DNA from: an uncultured bacterium
GTDB taxonomy: Bacteria; Muiribacteriota; Ozemobacteria; Ozemobacterales; Ozemobacteraceae
Reading direction: 5' to 3'
DNA: 64,000 nt
Assembly: GCA_900317935.1 (NCBI GenBank)
Contig: ONIU01000005.1
Span: 1,726 to 65,725 of the forward strand
The notes under the pieces are model-generated. The model had not been told where the DNA came from. It made no database searches and saw nothing but the letters and a program-made list of their open reading frames with translations. The position numbers were made by a program, and so were the translations under genes. Shown here in pieces: positions 35,958-44,646 of this stretch (the first letter of the stretch is position 1; the number at the start of each line of letters is the position of its first letter).

Positions 35958-38516
35958 TTATTGTCTAAAAAAGTCCTGGGCACTTTTTAAAAGTAAGCGG
36001 AACTTTCCTTTTATAAAAGGTGATTCAGGAAGTGAATGAAGGAAATAACTGCCGTAAAACTTGTTGATAATTCTGTTATCAAGTATCCAGACAGTGCCTC
36101 TGTCTTTTTTTGAACGTATAAGCCTCCCAAAACCCTGTTTAAGCTTTATGGCCGCCATAGGAAGCTGATAGTCCTTAAATGGGTTACCACCATTTTCTTT
36201 TATTTTTTCGTTCCTTGCTTCAAGAACAGGGTCATTTGGTGAAGCAAAGGGCAGTTTAAGGATAATAAGATTTCTTAAAGATTCTCCAGGAATGTCTACG
36301 CCTTCCCAAAATGAATCTGTTCCAAATAACACTGCGTTTCCGTCTTCTTTGAATAATTCTACAAGATATTGTCTATCGAAGTCGCCCTGCTTATAACAGT
36401 TGATTCCTTGTGCTTCTAGTATAGGGCTAATATTATTATAGAACATATTTAAATGTGAATAAGAAGTGCACAGAACCAATGTACCGCCGAGAGATGATTT
36501 GATTATATCAATAATAGGTTGGGAAGCCTGTTCAATAAACAAGGCACTTGATGGGTCTGGTAAATCTGATGGTACAAACAATCTTGATTGTTCTTTATAA
36601 TCAAAAGGAGATTTATATCTTCCTTCGATTAGATTTGCTGAAATCTCTTCATTTGTTAAACCCAGTCTGGTTTTTAAAAAATTAAAGTTACCGCCAGTTG
36701 TCATTGTTCCAGACACCATTATTGTACATGGAATCTTATCGAAGCAATAATCTATCATCTGCTGAGAAATTGTAATCGGCAAAGAAGAATATGAAGTGTA
36801 TTTCCCCGTTTTGCGAACATTTGAAGTAAAGAAATGTACATAATCAGCTCTGTTTTCTGTTTCTAGCTCAAACATCATTTCAAGTCCGTTAGAAACTTCA
36901 TCTAGTCTGCTCGAATAATTATTTAATTCTGTGAAGGGAACTTCATAAATAGAATTATCTTCTTCAAAATCAGGCACAGAACTGTTTAAACGCCTTGCAA
37001 ATTTTTTCATTGAAGCAGATAAATGTTTTAATTCATCTTTCAGCTTTTTTGCTGTTGCACTTAAGATATTAAACTCATTTGAGGCTTCTTGCTTCGGGGT
37101 GACACGCAATCTGTATTCTCCAAGCTGAGTGCTGTCATTTAAAAGAAAACTTGTTATTGAATCGAATAGAACCTTGGAAATATCAGCTATTTCCATTCTT
37201 GAAGGAACAAGTATATCATTTATATCTTTTAAAAGAAGTTCTCTGTCTGAATCTTCTATATCGCCATGTTTAAAGGCTAGTGCGTTCGTTAACGTATAGA
37301 AGGTTCCGGATTCTTTTCTTCCCCGTTTTTGATAAATTTTGTTCATCAACCTTTGAAGTCCTGTAGCTGTAGTTCTGTAGCCAAAATGCTTAGTAGCTGT
37401 TTCTTCAAGATTATGAGCTTCATCCATTATAATTGCTTTGCAGGCTGGAATTACTGCTGTTTGAGAATATTCTGATGTTTCCGCTCTCAAAGCCAAATCG
37501 GAAAACAATAAAGAATGATTTACTACTAAAATATCGGCTTCAGCTGCTTTTCTTCGAGCATTATAAAAGAAGCATTCATTGTAATCCGGGCATTTTACTC
37601 CGGGGCAACTGTCTTTATCACAACAGACTTTATCCCATAAGCTTTCAGATGGAACCCAGGTTAAATCGCTCAAAGAACCGTCAGTCGTTTTTTCCATCCA
37701 GGCTGCTAATTTTTGAAATTGTGGAAATTCTAGTTCATCAAGAAGAAAGTCTGCATTATCACTTGCTGTAGCTTCTTTAACTCTTCTTAAGCAGATGTAA
37801 TTACTTCTACCTTTTAACAGACAATATTTGAAATCAAAAGGAATTATACTTTCAAGAAAAGGTAAATCTTTATCTATGAGCTGATATTGTAGATTTATGG
37901 TATTTGTAGAAACACAGACTCGGCATCTGTTCTTATGTGAGTAAAATATAGCTGGAATAAGATATGCCATACTTTTGCCTATACCCGTTTCACCCTCTAA
38001 TATTGCATGACAGGGACCATTTAAAGCATCTGTTATTTTTCCCATCAATTCTATCTGACCGTCACGTTGCTCATAATTTTTGAGCTTGGACGCAATTGGG
38101 CCTTCTTTCGAAATGTAGGCTATCATCTCTTTTTTGCTTAACTGCTCTGGTTGTTCTTCTATATAAGGTTCAACAACGACATAAAATTCAGAACAGTCAT
38201 TATTGTGGATTGCAAAACCTATTCCGGATTTCCCACAAATTGAAGCAACGCCCATATCGGCTTCTGAAGGTTTTAAGCGTCCTGATGGGTGATTGTGCAG
38301 AAGAACTTCTCCTGGTCTTAAGCTTTTAATAATCGCAGGAGCAGAATCTATTGTTCCTCTGGATATTACACGAACATCTGTATACTGGTCAGGTGCACAA
38401 CAGACTGCAGCTGAACATACTTCACAGCCGCCAGCCTGTTCTATTTCTTCTTTTAGATATTGTCTGTCATATTCATTTAATGTGACAGGTGAGGCTTTTT
38501 TCTTTCTACCAACCAT
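35958..38516 (-). CDS. dinG: DinG/Rad3-family Fe-S helicase with N-terminal RadC-like JAB/MPN metalloprotease domain
   Basis: 852 aa. JAMM motif HNHPSGRLKPSEAD in the first roughly 120 aa. Walker A GETGIGKS, DEAH box IMDEAHNLE, Cys cluster C..CCDKDSCPGVKCPDYNEC, motif V GTDSFWEGVDIPG and motif VI QGFGRLIRS. Confidence 0.8.
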   Translation of the reverse strand: MVGRKKKASPVTLNEYDRQYLKEEIEQAGGCEVCSAAVCCAPDQYTDVRVISRGTIDSAPAIIKSLRPGEVLLHNHPSGRLKPSEADMGVASICGKSGIGFAIHNNDCSEFYVVVEPYIEEQPEQLSKKEMIAYISKEGPIASKLKNYEQRDGQIELMGKITDALNGPCHAILEGETGIGKSMAYLIPAIFYSHKNRCRVCVSTNTINLQYQLIDKDLPFLESIIPFDFKYCLLKGRSNYICLRRVKEATASDNADFLLDELEFPQFQKLAAWMEKTTDGSLSDLTWVPSESLWDKVCCDKDSCPGVKCPDYNECFFYNARRKAAEADILVVNHSLLFSDLALRAETSEYSQTAVIPACKAIIMDEAHNLEETATKHFGYRTTATGLQRLMNKIYQKRGRKESGTFYTLTNALAFKHGDIEDSDRELLLKDINDILVPSRMEIADISKVLFDSITSFLLNDSTQLGEYRLRVTPKQEASNEFNILSATAKKLKDELKHLSASMKKFARRLNSSVPDFEEDNSIYEVPFTELNNYSSRLDEVSNGLEMMFELETENRADYVHFFTSNVRKTGKYTSYSSLPITISQQMIDYCFDKIPCTIMVSGTMTTGGNFNFLKTRLGLTNEEISANLIEGRYKSPFDYKEQSRLFVPSDLPDPSSALFIEQASQPIIDIIKSSLGGTLVLCTSYSHLNMFYNNISPILEAQGINCYKQGDFDRQYLVELFKEDGNAVLFGTDSFWEGVDIPGESLRNLIILKLPFASPNDPVLEARNEKIKENGGNPFKDYQLPMAAIKLKQGFGRLIRSKKDRGTVWILDNRIINKFYGSYFLHSLPESPFIKGKFRLLLKSAQDFFRQ

Positions 38517-39836
38517 TTAGGCTTTGTTTTCGTTTGTCTGTTCTTTTTTTTCAGGTGCTTTAAGAATTGAAAGTGTTTTGATCATTTCTTCATTCTTCAA
38601 TTCTTCTGCTAATTCAAAAATACTCTTATCTTCTTTGGTTTTGACTGTTATATCTGAACCGGCTGAAATAAGAAGTCTGACTGCTTCGAGGTTATTGCAT
38701 CTGATTGCAGCAAGTAGAGGCGTGTCAAAATTATCGTCACGTCTTTCTAATAAGACTCCATAACCTAATAAGGTAGCAAGAACGTCATACTGCTTTTCTA
38801 CAATAGCCATTTGAAGAGGTGTAAAACCGTATTTGTCGCGTGTTTCCGGGTCTGCGCCATTATCTATCAATATTTTGACTATTTCGTAATGACCCATTTT
38901 TGATGCTTCAAGAATAGGTGAATGACCAGAAATTGTTTCACATCTATGAACGTCAGAGCCTTTTTCCAAAAGCATTTTTACAGCGGGTATATTTCCTATT
39001 TGAGAAGCTGTAAGAAGGAGAGTCATGCCCATTTCGTCATTTTCATCCTTCAAAGACGGGTATTCATCGATTAGTTTTGCAAGTTCATCTATTTTGTTTT
39101 CTAATAATAAATCTTTTGCTTCGTTATATTTGCTTGAAATGGTCATTGATTGTGGAATTTTAGAAACTTCTTCAATATATTCAAGCAATCTGTCTTTGGG
39201 TAAATCTTCGTTCTTTTCATCTAAAAGCTTGGTAACTTCAGGAAGACTATTCATTAAAATAGCTGAAATTGTAAGACTTTTACTTTGTCTATAGTTAGAA
39301 AGTAGGCATTCAAGACCCTGAACATATAAAACAGGAATTTTATTGCTTTTTCCAACCCCAGTAAGAAATCTGGCAAAACTGAAGTTTAAACGAGGCTGTT
39401 TGAGTCTTTCAAAGTAGATACATGCATTTTGGGCTTTTTGAATTCTCATTACATGTTCTTTGTCATGGAATGATGTGGTCCAGGCTAGGTGACTTAACTT
39501 GTTGCAGAGCACTGCGTCACCTTTAGCACAGGCTATTTCTGCACAAACAGAAGTTAAAAAGCTTGTTTGAATATAGTCAAAAACAAAGGGGTGGGGTTCC
39601 TGACCTAAGAATTCATTAAGCGCATCGTCATCTCTATCTAGCTTTAAATAACATATAAAAGTGTAATATTTTTGCCACCCAAGCATAATTGGATCAACAG
39701 GCTTTTCAGCATACATCCTTTGTTTCATTTCAGCACAAAGAGCTAGTGCTTTTTCATAATTCTTATTGGTTATAAGATTCATTATTTCTTTTAGATATAC
39801 ATCGTAAAGTTGTTGTTTTTCCATTTTTGTCTCCAT
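38517..39836 (-). CDS. TPR-like helical / ankyrin-repeat protein
   Basis: ORF track starts at TTG 39887; the first ATG is at 39836, and ATG 39824 has GGAG 6 nt upstream. The C-terminal half has 4-5 ANK repeats (GMTLLLTASQIGNIPAVKMLLEKGSDV, GHSPILEASKMGHYEIVKILIDNGADP and others). Its stop abuts the helicase start (TAAATG). Confidence 0.8.
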   Translation of the reverse strand: METKMEKQQLYDVYLKEIMNLITNKNYEKALALCAEMKQRMYAEKPVDPIMLGWQKYYTFICYLKLDRDDDALNEFLGQEPHPFVFDYIQTSFLTSVCAEIACAKGDAVLCNKLSHLAWTTSFHDKEHVMRIQKAQNACIYFERLKQPRLNFSFARFLTGVGKSNKIPVLYVQGLECLLSNYRQSKSLTISAILMNSLPEVTKLLDEKNEDLPKDRLLEYIEEVSKIPQSMTISSKYNEAKDLLLENKIDELAKLIDEYPSLKDENDEMGMTLLLTASQIGNIPAVKMLLEKGSDVHRCETISGHSPILEASKMGHYEIVKILIDNGADPETRDKYGFTPLQMAIVEKQYDVLATLLGYGVLLERRDDNFDTPLLAAIRCNNLEAVRLLISAGSDITVKTKEDKSIFELAEELKNEEMIKTLSILKAPEKKEQTNENKA

Positions 39837-39960
39837 ATTTGGGTGCAATATATTTATTGAGCAGATATCATACCTTTTATTTCTCAATAAAACAATAGTC
39901 TAGGAAAATTTGTTTTGGATGTTTTTTGTAAAAGTTTCACTGTTTTGTTATTAAAATCCC

Positions 39961-40420
39961 GCTTAATCCCCATTTAAGAAAGGGGTAATTATAACAGCTG
40001 ACTGACGACCAACAGGATGTTGGGAGTGCAAGCGAGCGCCAGGATGTCAAGCGAGTCGTAGGGGGCATAAAGCTTCGCAGTGTTACGCTTCTCTGTGGGA
40101 CTCTTCGTTGTGGGACAGCAGCATAACGACTTGTGGGAATTGTTATAAGGGTGAGAAGGGTTGGAAGGGTTGGAAGGGTTAGAAGTGGAACGCTGCGGTG
40201 TGGTACACTTCGTTGTGGGACGTTTCACTGTGGTTATTGTCGAACAACTCCCACAGGCAGCGTTAGCTGCAGTCTCACAAGTTGTGTTAGCAACAGTCCC
40301 ACAGAGGCTTTAGCCTCGTTCCACCAACCACCAATATCTCCATCTTAGGTCTTGTGTCTCAAGTTCTGGTCTTATATCTCCATCTTTGGTCTTGTATCTC
40401 AATTTTAATGGCTCTTGATT
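39961..40420 (+). repeat. Composite intergenic repeat locus R4 (degenerate M1 + M2 + short tandem tracts)
   Basis: Direct repeat AGGATGT..CAAGCGAG x2 (40014-40056). M2 at 40069-40325, nearly identical to 41735-42006. Then a CCACCAACCACC / GGTCTTGT(A/G)TCTC tract to about 40410. Confidence 0.85.
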
Positions 40421-40467
40421 TTAACTTTACAAAATAATAGAATAACAATAATTAAGGAGAGCAAATC

Positions 40468-41514
40468 ATGGGTTTCACTTCAAAAATAATATATAAAGCA
40501 TTGGAAACAGGTTTTATTCCAGACAGAATCACTAAACTCTGGATGAAATATCTATGTTATAGAACAATAAAGAACGCAAAACTAGATAATATTGAAGCTA
40601 GAAATTCTGTGTTCAGACAAATAAGAAGCGATTTGCTAAATGGCTCAGAAATTAGAAAATATTATTTTACCGAAAGAAACTCTATTGATTTCCCCCTTAC
40701 TTTTTACGATTATTTTTTGGGGAAAAATCTCAGTCTTACTTGTGGTTATTTCTCTACTGGTGCAGAAGACCTCAATGAGGCTGAAGATACTGCTTTATGG
40801 CTTGCCTCTGAACACGCAAGAATCAGAGAAGGTATGAGTATTTTAGAAATCGGTTGCGGAGCAGGTGCATTCTCTTTCTGGCTTGCGAATAAATATCCTA
40901 GCTGCAAGATAACTGCGTTAACTCCTTCCCCCAAAATGCTTTCCAATCTCAGAAAAAAAGCTCAAGAACTTGATATTAACAATATTAACTTTATCAGTCA
41001 GGAAATTAAAGATTTTACTGATGCAGATAAATTCGATAGAGTAATCTGTCTTGAAAGATTCGACTTATTAGCTTCTCTTGGTAATTGGGAAAAAAGGGTA
41101 AAGAAGCTCTTAAATAAAGACGGAATGTTTTTCATGACCGCCAGAGTTCATTCTTCTACTGCATTTTATGAAGATTCCACTGGTTTTGATAATATGCCCG
41201 GAAATAACGTAATTGAAGATGTTATTATTCCTTCTGTAAAAAGCTTGATGTTGACTACACCAGATTTACATCTTGTTGATATGTGGGAAATCAGCGGACT
41301 TCATTATAAGCAGACTGCCGATAAATGGTTCAGAAAATTTACTTTTAATAAAGAACCTATTTTAAGGGCCTTAGAAAAAGCTTACGGTAGTGATAAAGCT
41401 CATAGCTGGTATAACAAAATGAGACTTTACATATTAAGTCTATACGAAAGATATGGTTATAATCATGGGCAGGAATGGATAACCGCCCAGTATCTCTATT
41501 CGCCTTCTAAGTAA
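40468..41514 (+). CDS. Cyclopropane-fatty-acyl-phospholipid synthase-like SAM methyltransferase
   Basis: 348 aa with AAGGAGA RBS. CMAS-type region FYDYFLGKNLSLTCGYF...LNEAEDTAL and SAM motif ILEIGCGAGAFSFWLA. Confidence 0.75.
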   Translation: MGFTSKIIYKALETGFIPDRITKLWMKYLCYRTIKNAKLDNIEARNSVFRQIRSDLLNGSEIRKYYFTERNSIDFPLTFYDYFLGKNLSLTCGYFSTGAEDLNEAEDTALWLASEHARIREGMSILEIGCGAGAFSFWLANKYPSCKITALTPSPKMLSNLRKKAQELDINNINFISQEIKDFTDADKFDRVICLERFDLLASLGNWEKRVKKLLNKDGMFFMTARVHSSTAFYEDSTGFDNMPGNNVIEDVIIPSVKSLMLTTPDLHLVDMWEISGLHYKQTADKWFRKFTFNKEPILRALEKAYGSDKAHSWYNKMRLYILSLYERYGYNHGQEWITAQYLYSPSK

Positions 41515-41540
41515 CCCACCACACTATGCTGGCTACGCCA

Positions 41541-41734
41541 GTAAGACCCCTTTCGGTTCCTGTGGAACCACTTTCCCAGCAATGCTATCGCATTCTGGGG
41601 GCAGATCGTTTTCTCAAAGAAGCGCCCCCAGTTTTGCAATTAGAGATGGCGACGTAGTGATCATCCATCCCGATGCTCCCCCAGAGTTTGAAAAACTGCT
41701 GGGGGAGCTGTCACGAAGTGACTGAGGGGGTCTT
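41541..41734 (+). repeat. Intergenic structured module M1, long copy
   Basis: Complementary AAGACCCC (41543-41550) and GGGGTCTT (41727-41734). Hairpins GGTTCC/GGAACC (41555-41569), AATGC/GCATT (41581-41594) and GTCAC/GTGAC (41710-41722). GAAGCGCCCCCAG core with a duplicated CCCCCAG. Confidence 0.85.
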
Positions 41735-42006
41735 AAAGCTTCGCAGTGTTACGCTTCGTTGTGGGACAGCAGCATAACTACTTGTGGGAATTGTTATAAG
41801 AGTGAGAAGGGTTGGAAGGGTTGGAAGGGTTAGAAGTGGAACGCTGCGCTGTGGGACACTTCGTTGTGGGACGGCTGTTTACAGCCTGTGGTAATAGTCA
41901 ACAACAAACACAGGCAGCGTTAGCTGCCGTCTCACAAGTTGTGTTAGCGACAGTCTCACAAGTTGCGTCAGCAACAGTCCCACAGAGGCTTTAGCCTCGT
42001 CCCACC
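41735..42006 (+). repeat. Intergenic palindromic module M2 (TGTGGGAC iterons / GTCYCACA + hairpins), full copy
   Basis: Left arm has YTGTGGGA(C/A) x5 around a 4-unit GGTTGGAAG tract. Right arm has GTCTCACA, GTCTCACA, GTCCCACA, each followed by a 5-6 bp stem hairpin (GGCAGC/GCTGCC, GTTGC/GCAAC, GAGGC/GCCTC). Confidence 0.9.
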
Positions 42007-42012
42007 TACTTC

Positions 42013-42630
42013 TCACCTGCTAGGTGGTTTATCAATATACATCAGGCCGCTTGAATATAAATCTTTGAAGGTAACGATACCTTTTCCTTTTAAAACATCA
42101 AAGAAGTTCAGCAGTAGAACTTTGACTGCTTCTGTATCGTTCATAGCTCTATGAGCATCAACAAGATTATAGCCAAAATATTTTGCAGAATTTTCAAGCT
42201 TGTTTGACGGTAGTTTTAAAAGTTTCCTAGATAAATTAAGTGTGCAGAGCGATGGCGATTTATAGTCGATTCCAAGACATTCTTTAAAGAAATATTCAAA
42301 AAAAGACCAGTCGAAAGGCACATTATGAGATACAAATATATTGTTTTTCAGCATATTATGAAGAACAGGTGCTAATTCGCTGATAGTTGGAGAATCCTTA
42401 ACCATTTCGTCTGTTATATGCGTTATGTTTGTTATTTCTTCAGGAATATGACATTCAGGGTTTACAAAGGATTCAAATCTTTCTTCTTTTCCATCTTCGT
42501 ATAGAATTATTGCAACTTCTGTTATTTTTGCCGGTCCTGGTTTGAAGCCGGTGGTTTCTAAGTCTAATATAGCATAAGGAAGTTTTGAAATTTCGGTGTT
42601 TATATACTTATCAATAAAAGAGTTATTCAT
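42013..42630 (-). CDS. DnaQ-like 3'-5' exonuclease (DEDDh family)
   Basis: 205 aa. Exo I AILDLETTG, Exo II FVSHNVPFDWSF and Exo III HRAMNDTEA. Confidence 0.8.
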   Translation of the reverse strand: MNNSFIDKYINTEISKLPYAILDLETTGFKPGPAKITEVAIILYEDGKEERFESFVNPECHIPEEITNITHITDEMVKDSPTISELAPVLHNMLKNNIFVSHNVPFDWSFFEYFFKECLGIDYKSPSLCTLNLSRKLLKLPSNKLENSAKYFGYNLVDAHRAMNDTEAVKVLLLNFFDVLKGKGIVTFKDLYSSGLMYIDKPPSR

Positions 42631-42751
42631 TGGTGCCTGCTTTAATCTTGTTTAATTTACTCCATTATAACATAATGTAATATAAAAAGATTCTTTTATT
42701 ACGAAGAATAATTATCTGTTATAAAAGTTTCTAATGATGAGAATTTACTAA

Positions 42752-44107
42752 CTAATTGTTGGATATAGATCCTAGTTTACCTTTTTTCTTAAGAATAAAG
42801 CAAAGAATGGCGATGGCAAAAGCGGTAATAGCTAAGCTTACCGGGTATGATTGCATTATTGTTGTAAAAGTAGGAGACTTTTTGAAGATTGTATTAACCC
42901 AGGCTATTCTAATTCCACATATACATATTAGACTTATTAATGCGGGGCCTAGTGATTGACCAAATCCTCTAAGCAGACCAGATAAAATATCCTGAATGAT
43001 TGAGAAAATAAATGCAAAAGCTAACCAATAAAGCCTGATATAGCCTATTTCTATTACTTCAGCATCTTTGCAGAATAAACCAAGAAGTTCTTTGTAATAT
43101 ATAAGCATTAAACTTGCTGCAATTGTTGTGAATAAATAACTGTAGCCCATGCAGATATACATTGATTTTCGGCATCTATCATATTTATGTGCTCCATTAT
43201 TCTGCCCTACAAAGGTGGTGCAGGTCTGCCCGAAGGAAGATAGAACAAAGAATGCAAATATTTCTACATTTAGAGCTGCTGCAGAACCAGCCATAACAGT
43301 TGCCCCAAGACTATTTATAGATGATTGAATAACAAGATTTGATAATGCAAACATCATAGACTGTATTCCTGCTGGAATACCTATTCTCAATATACGTATA
43401 AGAGTAGGTTTAGTTATTTTAAGCTGTCCAAAATCAACATGAACATCGGAATCAGACTTTGCTAAACCATTAAGTAAATAGAGTGAACTGATTATATTAG
43501 CAGTTACTGTTGCAATAGCTACTCCGTCAACACTCATTCCACCACCGCAAACAAGGGCAATATTAAGAATCACATTTGTTATTCCAGATATAACTAAGGC
43601 TGTTAATGGAGTTTTTGTGTCGCCAATCGCTCTGTATATTGCAGCTTCAAAGTTATAAAGCAATATAACTGGCATTCCAAGTAGATAAATTCTTAAATAA
43701 AGAGTGGCAAGTTTTAAACATTCTTCTGGAACAGACATCCAGTTTAAAATATAACCCGCTGCGAATTCTCCAAAAATGGCTAGAAGAACACCGCAAATAG
43801 CAGAGGTATATATGGAAGTATGAACACATTTTCTTATTCGGCTTTCATCTTTAGCGCCTATGGCATTGGCTAATACAACGTTTGTTCCAAGAGAGATTCC
43901 GATGAAAAGGTTAATTAAAAGGCTTATTACAGGAGCGTTGCTTCCAACCGCAGCCATAGCATGAGGGCCTCTGAATTGGCCGACTACTGCTAAGTCTGCT
44001 GCATTGAAAAGCTGTTGCAGTATTCCTGTTATGGCTAATGGAATGGCATAAAAAAGAATTTTATCCCACAGAGAGCCGTTAAGCATGTCTATTTTTTTGC
44101 CAGCCAT
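42752..44107 (-). CDS. MATE family efflux transporter
   Basis: 451 aa with 12 predicted TM helices and a typical MATE N-terminus (LWDKILFYAIPLAITGILQQLFNAADLAVVG). Confidence 0.9.
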   Translation of the reverse strand: MAGKKIDMLNGSLWDKILFYAIPLAITGILQQLFNAADLAVVGQFRGPHAMAAVGSNAPVISLLINLFIGISLGTNVVLANAIGAKDESRIRKCVHTSIYTSAICGVLLAIFGEFAAGYILNWMSVPEECLKLATLYLRIYLLGMPVILLYNFEAAIYRAIGDTKTPLTALVISGITNVILNIALVCGGGMSVDGVAIATVTANIISSLYLLNGLAKSDSDVHVDFGQLKITKPTLIRILRIGIPAGIQSMMFALSNLVIQSSINSLGATVMAGSAAALNVEIFAFFVLSSFGQTCTTFVGQNNGAHKYDRCRKSMYICMGYSYLFTTIAASLMLIYYKELLGLFCKDAEVIEIGYIRLYWLAFAFIFSIIQDILSGLLRGFGQSLGPALISLICICGIRIAWVNTIFKKSPTFTTIMQSYPVSLAITAFAIAILCFILKKKGKLGSISNN

Positions 44108-44171
44108 TTTTTTACCTTTAAAAATTTAGTAGTTATTTTATTAAGCCGTTTATTCGTAATTGTCAAGATTT

Positions 44172-44556
44172 CTAAAAGAAGAAGCGCCCAAAGCGAGACT
44201 GAGATGGCTTTAAAGTAGTGGAATGCTTTGCTGTGATACACTTCGTTGTGTGACAGCAGCATAACTGCTTGTGGGAATTGTTATAAGAGTTAGAAGGGTT
44301 GGAAGGGTTTAAAAGAATGAAGTGTAACGCTGCGCTGTGGGACACTTCGTTGTGGGACGGCTGTTTACAGCCTGTGGTAATAGTCAACAACAAACACAGG
44401 CAGCGTTAGCTGCCGTCTCTCAATTTGCGTCAGCAACAGTCCCACAGAGGCTTTAGCCTCGTCTCACCATCTGACAACCGAGGGCAGATCGTTTTTCCCC
44501 GAAGCGCCCCCAGTTTAGCAATTTGAGCTGTCAGCTTGCTGACTGAGGGGGTCTTC
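44172..44556 (+). repeat. Composite intergenic repeat locus R6 (degenerate M1 - M2 - short M1)
   Basis: GAAGAAGCGCCC at 44178. M2 at 44212-44468. Short M1 at 44480-44555 with a GTCAG/CTGAC hairpin (44530-44543) and a GAGGGGGTCTT end. Lies in the divergent promoter region between the MATE gene and the first channel gene. Confidence 0.85.
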
Positions 44557-44646
44557 TCTTTATCCAAATAAATAACTTAAATTTCTGAGCAAAATAATAT
44601 ACAATACTGACAAATTTATAATTCATACTCATAAAAGGAAATTGCT

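Noticed and set aside
39989-40348. Small ORFs (60-83 aa) spanning repeat loci. They are 39989..40228(-), 40133..40348(+), 41812..41994(+), 41963..42154(+), 44172..44393(-), 53662..53913(+) and 7658..7897(-). Some give similar peptides (..NNSHK.LCCC.TTK..).
   Set aside because: Their similarity just reflects translation of the same repeated DNA. Frames and lengths are not conserved between copies, no RBS is present, and indels between copies break the frames.
41735-42006. TGTGGGAC iterons resembling the TGTGGGCG-type termini and multiple TnsB-binding sites of Tn7-like transposon ends.
   Set aside because: Only an 6-7 nt resemblance. The motif spacing (16-20 bp) and element size (140-275 bp) do not fit Tn7 ends, and no tns genes are present. 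I keep it only as something to test genome-wide.
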